A DNA stretch of 64,000 bases from a virus (IMGVR_UViG_3300028533_000484:1-64000); one strand, 5' to 3'. Positions 9,183 through 21,990 are shown, numbered from the stretch's first letter. Program-made: numbers and translations. Notes: generated from the letters alone by a model not told the origin.

Positions 9183-11246
9183 ATGAATGTAAATCTTATT
9201 CGTTTGTTTCTTTGCGAAACAAAAGGCAATCAAGTTAATTACGCAAAAGTAGCTGATCGTGCAATTCGTGCTGGTTATATTGTTGAACCAGAAGCAGCAA
9301 CAGTTGATGTAATGAATTTCTTGAATGAGCAAACTCTCAATCCAAATGCTACATTCTACAAACAATGGGAAGATATTCTCTCTCGTACTCGTCTTAAGTT
9401 GGCAATTGACCAGGTTCGTCATTATGCTTCAACTTACGGTTCTATTGAACCTGAAAAAGCTCTCGGTGCAGTTTTGGTAGCAGGAAAAGAAAGCCTCAAT
9501 GTTGAATACAACTGCGAAGGAAATGGATGGGTTCCAAACGACAATCCAATTATTATGCCTTTTAAACAGTTCAAAGTTATTAAAGCAGTAACTGAGGACG
9601 AAGTAAAAGATAAAATCTTAGATTTGTTCCGTTCAGGTTCAGCTTTGAAATCTGACACAATCGATGTTTGTGTTTCGTTCTTGAAAGAGAATGGATTTCT
9701 CAGAATGCTCAACACTGACGAAATCAAAAACAAAGAAGCCCAAGCAACAATTGCTTGTATGACAAAGAACTATCCAACAGATGAATTTGGTTTACTTCGT
9801 TGCATTGTTTATACTTTTACTGGAAAGACAGCTTTAATCAAAGACCGTTCTACAATTTACACAATTGAAGGAAAGAACGGTTTTAGTCCAGTAAATAAAT
9901 TCGACTTTGCAATTCTTTCAGATAAACAGTTGACAAACTTGTCTCGTATCTTCTATCGTTACAAGCCATTGTTCCTTGCAATGAAGAAGTACTACGATAA
10001 CTCAAAATACATCAACAAGTTGCGTAGACTTGCTGAAAAGAATCATACACCTTTAAAGAAAGGTTTCTGGGAAGATTGTTTTAATACTTCAGAACGCGAT
10101 ACAAGTCAACTTTTAAATGAAGCAAGATCTAAGATTTCTGAATTGAACAACTTTAGAAAAGTTCAATTGATGCAGTCAATCATGGAACGTTTGAATGGAC
10201 GTAACATGGACGGTAAGTTGTACGTAATTCGTAACGGAAAGATGTTCGTTCGCGAAGGATATCAACCAAGAACAAATCAAGCTTATTTGATGGACTTGTA
10301 CAATGTTGTTAAAACATCACTTGTTGAAAGTTTGAAAGCAAAAGCAACAACTTTTGCAGTACCAAAGGGCTTACATCTTACATGCCCAACATCTGAAAAG
10401 AACTTTATCGGAAACTATCCAATAGGTACTTCTGTAGACTTCTCAGATTCAGACAACATTGTAGGTATCTACTGGCGTAACGAATGGGGTACAAGAGACT
10501 TCGACCTTCACGTAGTTACTGAAAATGGTCGCCAATATGGTTGGAGTGAAGCCTTCAAAAGTCCAGACCAGGATATCATCTACTCAGGTGATATGACAAA
10601 TGCAGATCCAGAAGCAGTAGAACTGTTCTACTTCAAGAGAGATATGCCAGATGGTTTCGTAAACGTAAACAAGTTTAACGGTAACGACAGCTCAAAACTT
10701 CGTTTGTTTGTTGCAAAAGAGAATATTGTTAGAAAGCTTGCTTCAGGAAAACAAGATTCTTGGAGATACAACAATCGCAATGACAGAAAGTTAGAGAACT
10801 ATATGGTTGATCCAAACAACATTGTTGCAGAAGCAATGTTGGATTTCTCAAATTGTTCTCAGAAGACAATTGCTTATATTCAAGATAATCGTTTATACAT
10901 CATGGCTTTGCAGTCAGGTAATGGTAGAGTTTCTACTAGAACAAATCAAGAAATTATTCAGCAAGCAAACAAAGTAAAAGCTGATTCTTATATTGATTTG
11001 GTATCGATTCTCGAAGAAGCTGGTTTCAAGAAAGTTGCCGAAGGACATACAGATGCAGTTACTGAAGCAAAAGAAGAAGTAACAAATGTTGATGTAACTG
11101 GACTTACAGCTGAAGAAGCAATTGCAAAAGTAAAAGCTGAATATGAAAGATTAGATGTTGTAAATGCAAAGAAGGATGAAGTCGTTGAAGTCGGTCTTGA
11201 CTTGACAAATCCTACACCAGATGTATTATTAAAGTTGTTTAATTAA
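9183..11246 (+). CDS. 687-aa protein with C-terminal TerD-like domain; candidate RNA-binding protein
   Basis: GIYW...DFDLH...GW...YSGDMTNA...E pattern resembles TerD-like domains; strong codon bias suggests high expression. Confidence 0.5.
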   Translation: MNVNLIRLFLCETKGNQVNYAKVADRAIRAGYIVEPEAATVDVMNFLNEQTLNPNATFYKQWEDILSRTRLKLAIDQVRHYASTYGSIEPEKALGAVLVAGKESLNVEYNCEGNGWVPNDNPIIMPFKQFKVIKAVTEDEVKDKILDLFRSGSALKSDTIDVCVSFLKENGFLRMLNTDEIKNKEAQATIACMTKNYPTDEFGLLRCIVYTFTGKTALIKDRSTIYTIEGKNGFSPVNKFDFAILSDKQLTNLSRIFYRYKPLFLAMKKYYDNSKYINKLRRLAEKNHTPLKKGFWEDCFNTSERDTSQLLNEARSKISELNNFRKVQLMQSIMERLNGRNMDGKLYVIRNGKMFVREGYQPRTNQAYLMDLYNVVKTSLVESLKAKATTFAVPKGLHLTCPTSEKNFIGNYPIGTSVDFSDSDNIVGIYWRNEWGTRDFDLHVVTENGRQYGWSEAFKSPDQDIIYSGDMTNADPEAVELFYFKRDMPDGFVNVNKFNGNDSSKLRLFVAKENIVRKLASGKQDSWRYNNRNDRKLENYMVDPNNIVAEAMLDFSNCSQKTIAYIQDNRLYIMALQSGNGRVSTRTNQEIIQQANKVKADSYIDLVSILEEAGFKKVAEGHTDAVTEAKEEVTNVDVTGLTAEEAIAKVKAEYERLDVVNAKKDEVVEVGLDLTNPTPDVLLKLFN

Positions 11247-11387
11247 AAAATGTTTCTGCAGTAAACCTCCCAACTGCAGCATTGTTGGTGGCCCGCCAAC
11301 TAAAACAAAGGGCTTTCCCTTTGCAATGATTAATTTTTCCTGACCTATAATGTCTGTATAAATGTACAACAAGTGAGGTAGTTTGTT

Positions 11388-12119
11388 ATGATAGAAATTT
11401 TGGACTGGACTTGTAAAGATCCATTGAATTTGATTGGCTTTTGTGCCGGAGTTTGTTGGAATGCTCCTGTAAATGATGTAGAAAAAAACATCAATCGTGC
11501 AAAGAATTGCATTAAGTCTAATCATGGTAGAGCGTTGGAATATCCAGATGTATATGTTGTAATGGATGAGTACTCAGCCCGTGTTATTAGAGAGTTTTAT
11601 ACACATATTATTGGCACTACTCGTTTACAATCCTCTACCAGATATGTAGATGCAAAAGAAATGAATCCTGAAAAAGATTTTTATACACCAGTTAATTTCA
11701 CAGATACCCAAAAAAATATTTTATTAAAAGGTTATCAGGAAATTATGAAAACATATACCGATTTAGAAAACAACGGAGTAAGTAAAGAGGATGCTGCTAA
11801 TATTCTACCTTTAGGTATGCATACTAAAATTGTTGCAAAAATTAATTTAAGAGCTTTAGAGCACATGGCTCATAAGAGAAATTGTAATAGGGCTTACAAA
11901 GAGTTTAGAGCTTTAATGAAAGAGTTTGAATCTAAACTTGAACAAATCTCTGGAGAGTGGAAATGGATTTGTAAAAACATGTTAGTACCTGAATGCAAGA
12001 CTTTAGGTTACTGTCCTGAAGTAAAAGGTTGCGGTCTGGAGATTTCTAAGGAAGAAGCTTTGAAAGCCATTAAATATTGGAAAGAGAACAAAGCCAGAAT
12101 TGAGGATGATGGAAAATAG
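11388..12119 (+). CDS. thyX: FAD-dependent thymidylate synthase
   Basis: HGRALE, QSSTRYV, EDAANILP and NLRAL motifs. Confidence 0.9.
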   Translation: MIEILDWTCKDPLNLIGFCAGVCWNAPVNDVEKNINRAKNCIKSNHGRALEYPDVYVVMDEYSARVIREFYTHIIGTTRLQSSTRYVDAKEMNPEKDFYTPVNFTDTQKNILLKGYQEIMKTYTDLENNGVSKEDAANILPLGMHTKIVAKINLRALEHMAHKRNCNRAYKEFRALMKEFESKLEQISGEWKWICKNMLVPECKTLGYCPEVKGCGLEISKEEALKAIKYWKENKARIEDDGK

Positions 12120-12328
12120 AATGCACAAATATTTTGTTTCATACAGCTTTACAACCAGTCTTGGTTATGGAAATGGCTCTATTGGAGTAGAACTAGAAAA
12201 ACCTGTTCGGAGCATGGAAGATGTAGAAGATATTCGAAAGTTCATAGAAGATACGTATTGTGGAAATCAACTACCTATTGGTGCTAAAGTTGTAGTTATG
12301 TATTGGAGACGTTTCGAGGAGGAATAAA

Positions 12329-13087
12329 ATGACATTAAAAACAAAACTTCGAAACGGTCTTGCATACTACAGGCATCACTCTCCAGTCTTAAGAAATCTT
12401 TTAGATACTTTCGAATTAAATGATTATGAATATGCTGTTGTCGGAGGCTTTGTAAAGAGTGTTATTGCATATCACTTGCATAAAGCTTCTGAAAGTCCTA
12501 GAGATATTGATGTTGTTGTAGATATCGATACTCAGGAGCTTGAATACATTTTTAAACAGTATCGTATAAAGCATCAAAAGAATGATTTTGGCGGTTATAA
12601 GATTCTCGACAATACAGGTACATTCAATACACCTATTGATATTTGGTGTTTGAAGAATCATCAACCTTTCAAGACTTTTCCTGAAAAGTTCCACAATTGG
12701 AAAGGTATAGTAGAGTCTAGTTGGATTTCAATCTGTGGAGGAGTATATCTTCCACAGTCTAATAAAATCTATATCAAGGGTCTAAAAGATTCAATTCGAA
12801 AAGAACAAATAACTTTCCGACATCCAGAAATCTTTTTCGAAAGTAAAAACGTTATAAACAAATATACAGTTGTAGCAAAATTAATTGATCTTAGTTATGC
12901 CTATAAATTAGATAAGAATTGTCTTAAAGCAATTACCGAGTATCTTGCAAAACACAAGGATAATAAATCTCTTGTAAATTATCTAGAAAGTCATAGCACA
13001 AGATGCGTAGGAAGTTGGGGAAAAGAAATCAATGAAAGATTTAGAATCTTTAATGAAGCCTTCTATCCTCGGAAAGTTCCCAACTAG
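12329..13087 (+). CDS. Nucleotidyltransferase, poly(A) polymerase/CCA-enzyme head-like
   Basis: VVGGFVK...PRDIDVVV, FGGYK and IDIW motifs. Confidence 0.7.
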   Translation: MTLKTKLRNGLAYYRHHSPVLRNLLDTFELNDYEYAVVGGFVKSVIAYHLHKASESPRDIDVVVDIDTQELEYIFKQYRIKHQKNDFGGYKILDNTGTFNTPIDIWCLKNHQPFKTFPEKFHNWKGIVESSWISICGGVYLPQSNKIYIKGLKDSIRKEQITFRHPEIFFESKNVINKYTVVAKLIDLSYAYKLDKNCLKAITEYLAKHKDNKSLVNYLESHSTRCVGSWGKEINERFRIFNEAFYPRKVPN

Positions 13088-13967
13088 TTCCTTTAGGTTT
13101 TACGCTTACAATTTTCGGTCTATATAAATATCTATATTTACCATTTTTTGGAAAGTTCTTCTGCAATCCTTTAATATCGAAAATAATTCTATTTTGTTTT
13201 GGATTAGAAGGTCTTTCCAGACTTGTAGTAAACCAAACAGCTTTATCTGTACGAAGATCGATTGCAAACCATAAAAGCTCTAAATCAGTTTGAAAACCAA
13301 AAGCATTGCTACAATATGGACAACTTTTATTTTTCCAAGTTAATGGATCTCTAACAAACTTTGCACCACAATCTTTACACATAAACTCTAATGCCATATC
13401 TTTTCTAAAAATGTTAGTAACCAAGAGTCGTGTTTTATCAAACTTTTTTCTCCAAACTTTTACAGATTTATCCTTGTAGTCAGACTTCATATCTGAATAA
13501 AGCTCGTGTTTAATGTTGTCAAAGAGTTTAGACATTACAAGAGCATCCTCTTCTGTAAAGCCATCTACTTTTGTACAAACTTTTTTCATTTCAAGTAAAG
13601 CTAAGCTCATAGCACTCTTCATAAGTTTTGTAGAGCACATATACGCATAGTAATGTACTAAAAAGTGCTGTGCATATGTTAATTTGTAAAGATTATCTTC
13701 ATCAACAACTTCTAGAAATTTTTTCTTAAAAAACGATCTTGGAATTCTATGATGTAGTTCGTAACCAGCTTCTGGAGTTAATTCTCTATCTTTAGTCGAC
13801 TCTAGAATATCTGTCATTTTGAAATAAAAAATTGAATCAGTATCAAAGCATTCTTTTTCGTAAAGATCTTTATTTCTCTCGAAATCTTTTATAGATGCTT
13901 CTTTTGCAGCTCTTTTTGCTAGAGTTTTTGTACTTGCCATGTTTTTTGTCCCCATGTAACATTTCAT
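13050..13967 (-). CDS. HNH homing endonuclease with zinc ribbon
   Basis: ELHHRIPRS...NLYKLTYAQHFLVH; CKDC..CPYC; opposite strand to neighbours; true start may be downstream. Confidence 0.75.
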   Translation of the reverse strand: MKCYMGTKNMASTKTLAKRAAKEASIKDFERNKDLYEKECFDTDSIFYFKMTDILESTKDRELTPEAGYELHHRIPRSFFKKKFLEVVDEDNLYKLTYAQHFLVHYYAYMCSTKLMKSAMSLALLEMKKVCTKVDGFTEEDALVMSKLFDNIKHELYSDMKSDYKDKSVKVWRKKFDKTRLLVTNIFRKDMALEFMCKDCGAKFVRDPLTWKNKSCPYCSNAFGFQTDLELLWFAIDLRTDKAVWFTTSLERPSNPKQNRIIFDIKGLQKNFPKNGKYRYLYRPKIVSVKPKGTSWELSEDRRLH

Positions 13968-15064
13968 TTAGTTCCAGTTACAGAAAGCAACTATATTCTG
14001 ATTATGAGCGATATTATAATATTAAGAAACAAAATTCAGGAAGGGGCTATCGAAGTCTACGCTGCACACCCGGAGACTTACGAAATGCTCAAAGGAAAAG
14101 TAAAGGATTTACCTCAAAATGCAATCGTTTATCCTAATGCTATGTGTCCTGTAGGAGAACTTCAACAAGCAGATCTTCGTGATAAGAATCTTAAAGAGTT
14201 TATCTTTACAGAAGTTCTTCCAAACTTCGGATTTATTAAAGGTGAGTGTCCAGACTTAAATAGAATATTGTAATTGTCGAACTACTTTATATTTTTTCAA
14301 AGGTTTCGATACAACAAAATCATTTAAGTTTGCAATTTTAAAAATTGCTTCATTTTCTGAATGAAATGGACCATAAAAGGTGCTACCGTCATAAACGTAG
14401 TACCTTCTCCACCATAAAACAATCTTGTACATGTGTAAATTTAGTTTTCCTTTTTAGAATGTATCTTTAAACATGAACCTATAATATTATCATGATTTAT
14501 CCAAATGATTTAATTGATCTTTATAAACTTAAGAAGATGGTGAGTAGTCCTCTATTCGATGTATATGTAGAGGATGTGACCGAAGCTCCAAAAGATTGGG
14601 ATTGGACAACTCAAGGCATTTATAGAGGTAAATTGCACTTTGTTAAAGATATGGAAGACCTTGAAAGTTGGATATCTAAAATTCTTGCAGGGAAAGTACA
14701 AATATGTTATGAACCAAATTCTTTGTACTTCGAAAAACATCCACATACAGGTGAGCATTGCAGATATGTTAAACCTCGATTTGAATTCCAATACAGTGGT
14801 GCAAACAACTATGCTATTAAAGAATTTAAAGCTAAAGTGAAATCTGAGGAAAGATCTTTAGAAGTGTTGAGATATGAAAACGATTTTGAAGGTACATGCT
14901 ACGTAATTGCAACTTGGGATGTAACAGATGAAGGTTATGAATTCCGTTCGATAGGATCAAGACTTTTTGAAGTACCTTCTGAAGACTTCCAGACACTTTG
15001 GGATGGAATAAAAGAAGCTGATAAATATTTACGCAATGAATGTTTGAAAGGAAAGGAGTAAGAT

Positions 15065-15595
15065 ATGGGAAGAAGTACAAATTGCGGTGTAATCTATATG
15101 TGTTATCCTGGAGCAGGTAAGTCAAGCACAGTAAAAGATTGCTGGGGCTTTATAGATTTAGAATCAAGTAATTTCAAATTAGAAGATAGATCAAAACCCA
15201 AAGATTGGTACAAATATTATGTACAAACAGCCTTCGATTTAGTATCTCAAGGATATTCTGTTTTCTTATCAACTCATAAAGATGTTAGAAAGTATGTTGC
15301 AGAATTAAGAGATAAACGCAACCAAGATACTGTAGTAGCTGTTGTCTATCCATCTTTGAAATTAAAAGATGAATGGATTGTAAGATTACAAAGTAGATAC
15401 GACAAGGAACCTACTACAAAAAATGAATTGGCATTAGAGAGAGCAAAAGTTGCATATTCTGAAGATATAGAGGATATGAAGAAAGATGCGGATGAATTTA
15501 TTTTTTGGAAGATAGAGTTATCTTCTACAGACTATAAATTAATAGATGAAATTCTTTTACCAGATGAATGGGCTCAGAGACCGTTGTATAAATAG
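15065..15595 (+). CDS. P-loop NTPase (nucleotide kinase-like)
   Basis: N-terminal YPGAGKS Walker A followed by IDLESS. Confidence 0.65.
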   Translation: MGRSTNCGVIYMCYPGAGKSSTVKDCWGFIDLESSNFKLEDRSKPKDWYKYYVQTAFDLVSQGYSVFLSTHKDVRKYVAELRDKRNQDTVVAVVYPSLKLKDEWIVRLQSRYDKEPTTKNELALERAKVAYSEDIEDMKKDADEFIFWKIELSSTDYKLIDEILLPDEWAQRPLYK

Positions 15596-18423
15596 AGGAG
15601 GTTTTTATGAGTAGTGTATGTTCTAAGTATTGTTTTATGGATTGGTTTGAAGATGCTAAACCAGAGGAGAGAAGACTATGTAAAGTTTACATAGATGATC
15701 TTGGTCCATTTGAAAATACAAGCGATAAAGATTTAATTCAATTTTTAGGATATGAACCTTCTGTACATACATCTAAGCTTGTTTCAGGAGAGTTAGGAAC
15801 AGAAAGTGCAATCAGAGAAGATGTATTCTTCTTTAGAGGACAACCAGAAGCTCTTGAGCAAATGTCTAAAGCAGAAACAGTAGAGTTTGCTCTTGTAAAG
15901 ATAAGATCTTGGTGTAAACAATTTGAGAAATATGAAATTGGTTGGCATCCTTTGTATGTAAGGTTTGCAAATCTTCTCGAATTGCACGGTGAAGATTATT
16001 TTATCAATAAGATAAAAGCATATGTTGAGGATAAGCAAAATGGAAAATAAAAAGATAGCTTGTTGGGAGTTAACAAATCTCCTTCAAAACTATTGTCATG
16101 ATGGTGGAGCCTTAGACAAGGTTACTGTGAATGTGAAGGATACAAATTATAAAGTAAAAAGTGTACTGGTATCAAAATCCAAAGATGGAGTTGTAATAAC
16201 AATACTTGAAGACTAGAGAAGCGGTGATTAAAATGATTGATTCAAAAACATGGGACAGATTAACACATAATGAAAATGCAAAAAGGCGAGAGCTTTTGTA
16301 TGATTTGCATAAAGCTGAATACGAACTTAGAGAGTGTCAGGAAGAGCTTAGAAATCTTCAAGACACTGTAAAGAAAGTACAAGAGCTTAGAAAGAAATGT
16401 AAAGAAGTTTTAACAGATAAACCTTTTAGACTGCTTAAAATACCTGTATGGAGAGCACCAACAGAGTACGATGGCTCGGTAGATTTTTCTCTTACACACA
16501 AAGCTTATGCATACTCGTTATACTACAAAGAACATGAAAAGGCTCTTGCAAAAGTAATCTTAAAGTGTAAAATCAAGACTAAATCTGTACAAAGAGCAAA
16601 AGATTCCGCATATAATGTTTTACAGAAGTTTGATGAAGAAATGAAAACAAAATATAATGAATTGTAGAGGTTTTTATGATCACTTTTGATACTTTTGAAA
16701 AATTAATCACTACAGTTGTTCAAGCAGAGGAAAAGAGAGATAGTTTTGAAAACAGTTTAGAAAACTTACTTGGAGAAGGTTCCAACGTAATGTCTCTTTG
16801 GATTACAGATCCTCTTTGGAATATGCTTGAAACTATTATTGTTGATGACCTTAAAGGTTCGAGTGATGACTTTTGTTTCCTTCAGGAAAATCTATACGAC
16901 CTTGTGAAAGGTGAAGTTAATAGTATCTGGGTACACAACAAAGAAAAGGATTATTGGGGACAATATGATATTAAATCTGTAAAGGATTTTTATGATTATC
17001 TAAATAAATCCTTACCAGTTTCAAAAGTTATTGGTGGAGATGAGGTGCCTAGATGATGGAAGAACAGTTTTTGGAACAATTAAAATGTACTACCAAGGAT
17101 TCGAAGATTAAAGAACTGGTAACAGAGAATGCAGATGAATTGGTTCAGATATTAAGATTGTTTGGACAATTTAATGTTGCAACAGATTGGGAAGATCCAC
17201 CAGGAGTATTTCAATGTTAGAAATTAAGACAGAGCAAAATGCAATTGAATTTGCAAAACTTATTGCAGAATCTTTAGTTAAGGTATTGGAAACTGTAATG
17301 TCAAAAAGTGCAGCAGTAGATGAATCTATTGTAATTTGGAATGCGCTTGGTATTGAGCATATAGGTTTCCAAAGTGGTAAGGTAATTCTCTATGCAAGGA
17401 ACCCTTACAGCTTGATACACGAAGATTTTGTGCCAGTTTTTGTTTGGGATAGATTACAAGATACTGTTGAGAAACAATATGGATGGACTTTAGCTGTTGC
17501 TCTTCACAATCCCAATGAGATTTTTGAAAAGGACTTTCAAGTTTATGAAGATGTTTACGAATACTTTGGACCTTACATAGAAAAGCTTTTCTATAATAAT
17601 AGAAAGTTAGGAGATTGATTATGGGATATTATTTAGCTGTTATTGCTAGAAATAAAGAAACAAATGGATTTCAAAAAATAGAACGTTGGATTGGTCATGG
17701 ATACTATTTTATGACAGGCTGGCAACTACCTGGAGATGTATATACAGTTCCAGTACCTAAAGCTTTTCAAAAGTTTTTACTTGAAGCGAACAAATACGAG
17801 GTTTTCAGATATGAAGGTATGTTCAATAAACCGGAGTATCTAGGATATCTTCCTACAGTTGCTCGAACAGCAAATGTAAATGATAGACTTAAGAATGTGT
17901 ATCTTCCTATGGATGTAGATCAGAGTCAGATAATTGTTATGCGCAAATCAGATTTTAAGGAATGTGAAAAAGAATTCAAAGCAACAACAGGTGAAACAAT
18001 TCCTATAGTAACTACTGAATTTCAAACTTGTGGAAAGACAGATAGCTGGTTTGCTCTTGATAGTTGGAATGAAAGACTTGAATCTCTCAAAGAAGATATT
18101 CGTAAAAGAATTGAAAAAGATATAGAATGGAAAACTCTTAAAAATTCTCTTGAATATAGAAAACTTTCTGAAAAAGAAAAATTAAATATTCAATGTGAAT
18201 TTTTTGATCAAACACATATAGCTTATGGCGAAGATGGTAAACCTCGAAGCTATGATGACCTTGGGGATGATCCAGACTACGAATGGGGTTGCATTGAAGC
18301 AATTCACAATTTACAAGGTATGTTCCTTACTTTTGAGGATGGAAAATATGAGACATATGGCTGTATATATAGTACAGACAATGTTATAGACTACGACTCT
18401 ATTTGTACAAAGGATGATAAATA

Positions 18424-18708
18424 ATGGATTCAACAAACCCTGAACTTCACCCTGAAAGATATGGGGGTGATGATGTTTATGAAACAAAGAAAGTTGCAGA
18501 GCATTGGCATAATGTAGATATGTACAGAGGTTGGCTTTTAATTACAATTGAGAAATACTGTAGTCGTTATGGTAAAAAAGATGAACCTCTTAAAGAAGCT
18601 TATAAGATTGCAAACTATGCAAAGTTCCTTGTAGAGCTTGAAGAAAAACTTGCTGCTGAAAAGAAAGAAGATCCTAGTACTTCAACAAAGGAGAAGAAAA
18701 ATAAATGA
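18424..18708 (+). CDS. DUF3310/SaV-like phage protein
   Basis: HPERYGG...KYCSRYGKK...K..NY pattern. Confidence 0.6.
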   Translation: MDSTNPELHPERYGGDDVYETKKVAEHWHNVDMYRGWLLITIEKYCSRYGKKDEPLKEAYKIANYAKFLVELEEKLAAEKKEDPSTSTKEKKNK

Positions 18709-19547
18709 TAAAGTTTGTCAAAACGATAGGAGAATCTGACTCTTGTTTTCATTACCTTAGAGAAGATTCTAGGAATAAACAAGTACAGGATCTTACAGCA
18801 AAACTTTGGGATGGTATTGAATTCAAACCAGGTATCAATATTGTTATTGGAGAGAATGGTTGTGGAAAATCTACTTTATTGAATATCATCCGACAAGGTA
18901 ATCTTCTAACGCACTCCTTCATTCCAAAAAAATCTAGATTTCCTATAACAGATGTAGAAAATCTTGATAAGATTTACAAATGTTTTGTAATCAAACAAGA
19001 TTTAAGAATCCCGGTATTTAATCTCTATAGAATGTCCGAAGACTCTCATAAACTTGCATCTAATGAAATAGCGGATAAAACCGAGCTGACACAATTTTTA
19101 GGATTAAAAGAAGAATCTAAAGGTCAAAATGTTAAAGGAGATTTGTCTCAATTATTCCATATTATGTTTGAGCGAACTTCTGAATGTTACCCTTTACTCT
19201 ACTATGCAATAGAGTTGGCAAAAACCTTTCCAGCAAAAGATGTATCAGACACACCTTTCATTAAAGATGTAAATGGAGAAGCTCTATTAGATACTATTAA
19301 GAGCAACGGTATTGAATGTAAAGAACCGATGTACACAATTTTAATGGATGAGCCAGATGTTGGGCTTGATGTGGAAAACCTTAAAGATATATACAATATG
19401 TTGTCTACGCAGAGACCTGACACTCAAGTAATTGCTGTTATACACAATCCTCTTCTTATCTACAAACTTTCGAAATTAGATTATGTAAATATAATTGAAA
19501 TGTCGAAAAACTATCTTTCAGAAATCAAAAACTTTTTGGAAAACTAG
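18705..19547 (+). CDS. ABC/AAA-type ATPase
   Basis: GENGCGKST Walker A, ILMDEPDVGLD Walker B, IHNP H-loop. Confidence 0.8.
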   Translation: MIKFVKTIGESDSCFHYLREDSRNKQVQDLTAKLWDGIEFKPGINIVIGENGCGKSTLLNIIRQGNLLTHSFIPKKSRFPITDVENLDKIYKCFVIKQDLRIPVFNLYRMSEDSHKLASNEIADKTELTQFLGLKEESKGQNVKGDLSQLFHIMFERTSECYPLLYYAIELAKTFPAKDVSDTPFIKDVNGEALLDTIKSNGIECKEPMYTILMDEPDVGLDVENLKDIYNMLSTQRPDTQVIAVIHNPLLIYKLSKLDYVNIIEMSKNYLSEIKNFLEN

Positions 19548-21194
19548 AATTGAAAATCTCCTATACTGTATAGGAGGTTGAATATTTTATGAAAATACTC
19601 TGTAAAGAAAAAGACTTTTACGATTATATAGGTTATCAAAATGGCTCTGAAGATGTAACTTTCGATAGAAGAGACATGATAGTGATAACTAGAGGTAAAG
19701 ATTTCAGGTTATACAGCTCAAAAGAAATAGGCGAAGCGCAGTTAATGAACTCTTTTCTAGGAGATGAATCTGAAGCTGAATTCGGTTTATGGATTGGTCA
19801 CAACCTCTACATCTATAGAGTCACAGAGCTTTCAGATAGATACGATACCAATTGTTGGACCAAAGCAGTATCTCCAAAATTTAAGTACAAGATTAAACTT
19901 CTTGATAAAAAAACTATATATGACATTCCTCATAAAGCTCCAATAGAGTTTGTTCGCATAAATTGGAGAAAACTAAATTATCAATTTAACATATTTAGAC
20001 ATGCTTCATATCTTACAGCAAAAGAAAAAGAAAAATATCAAAAAGATCTTGATAATGAAATATTAAATGGCAATGTTAAAAATTGGGAACTTAAACCTAT
20101 TGAGTTTGATATACATAGAATTTTGATTCCGATTCTTAAGGATAGCTTTGCAGGAGCCTTGGATCCTAGTGAAGTTTATTATGCAATCGAAAGTTGGTTG
20201 ATCTCTCAACACAACGATGTTGATCAAGAATCTAAAGGTATAACGGATGTGGAAAAAGCTATAAATCACGGTTTTGATAAAAAATCAAGCTTTAGGAATG
20301 TGAAGTAATATGGAAGGTTTTTTACATACAAATTTCACTGAATTTACGACGTATCTATAGGTACTTTTAGAGTATCTGAGATGGAATTAGAAAAAGTATT
20401 AAACGAGAAATTCAACAGTACCCAATTAGATGTATACGAATGGAGGAGTAAATAATGACATTAGAGGAAATTAAAAAATTAAGTAGAAAAGAATTTGGTG
20501 AACGTTATCCTTTTGTTATTGTTAGAGAGCATGTTAAAGATGAAGAAAGTGGTAAATGGATCCTTCGAAAGTCGTATTGGGAAGAAGATCAACCTGAAGA
20601 AGGTATAAAGAAAGGAGATCCTTGTCTTGAGTTTTATCTAGACGATTGGGGAGGCTGGAGCGATATATTACTTTGCTGGGCAGAAAAAGTTAAACCTATT
20701 TTCGATCAAATGCCAAAAGAAACTCAAGATGCTTTTTATATAGAACAGTTGAAAGAAAAATATGGAGATATGAGATTGTATACTCCATGTGCAATGGAAC
20801 CTTTCGATAAAATAAACGACTATACAACAATGGTTGAGCACTTATCTACTTTTACTTGTTTGCAATGTGGTCATCTTACAAAGTCTTCTGATGGTAAGAA
20901 ACTACTCACTTGGTCAACAAGAGGTTATTGGATTTCTCTTTATTGTAAAAAATGTGCAAGAAAATTTATGTTTAGAGATCTCCATAAAGGAAGAAATAAA
21001 GAAGCGCTTTTACCTTGGCTGAACTCTCATCCACATTTCAACTTAAACAATTATATATTCAATAAAAGATATAAAAAGATTGAAGATAGATGGGAAATTA
21101 CATTAAAAAGATATAGCAAAGAAGGTACAACTACAAGAATTTTAAATAGTAAAGAATTACTGGAAGGTTTACTTTAATTGAAGGAGGCTGAATA

Positions 21195-21479
21195 ATGAAG
21201 GTAAGAGGAATTAAATGCTTAAAATGCGGGGATTTTATTTATAGTAGAACTCGCCACGATTTTCGTTCATGCACTTGTGAATCATGTTTCGTAGACGGTG
21301 GCCAAAACGATTATATTAGAATTGGTGGTAATAAAGAAGACTGGGAATTTGGTTATGTTGAAGTTCCTGTTACTTCTGAAGAGCTTTATAAAGACTATAA
21401 TAAAGGTAAGGATAAGTATGGTAAAATTACATCGCAGTATCAAATGATATATCCAAAAGCTAATGAAGAGGAGTCTTAG
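21195..21479 (+). CDS. Small phage zinc-binding protein
   Basis: CLKCGD.IYS..RHDFRSCTC..CFVDGG. Confidence 0.6.
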   Translation: MKVRGIKCLKCGDFIYSRTRHDFRSCTCESCFVDGGQNDYIRIGGNKEDWEFGYVEVPVTSEELYKDYNKGKDKYGKITSQYQMIYPKANEEES

Positions 21480-21990
21480 TATGGATGAGAAGAAACCTAT
21501 AAAAGCTAAAGAGATTATTAACACTCCAGATTACGAATTGGCTTTTTCTTATGTAGACAAAGGTATACCTCTCTATTATTATGCTCTACTTATGCCTCGG
21601 AGAGTAGCTACTAGAGCTCAGGTAATAGAGGCTCTTAGTTATGGAGTACCGTTGTATGTTTTAGAAAATAAAAGTGCTATTACACTGAGCACATTGTAGG
21701 AGGATATGAATATGAGGGAAAAGCAAATACCAGTATTTAAGGAAGTGCACGATACTATTTATGAGTTTTCAGATGAGGTGCACGACTTTGTAGAAATTGA
21801 TGATGGTGAATTGAATTACGATAACAACTATCTCATCTTCAAACTCAATGGAAGTGAATGGTATATTGAAAAATATGAAAATTGTTCAAGAATATATCTT
21901 GAAAGAATTGGATACAGTTATGAAGAAGCTTTAGCAAAATTAAAATTGATTATAGATATTCAGGAAAATAAGGTGGAGGAATAACAAAAT

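Noticed and set aside
11388-12119. ThyX lacking the canonical RHRx7S motif (reads THI...S)
   Set aside because: The other ThyX motifs are intact, and such variants are plausible within the family; not enough to claim novelty.
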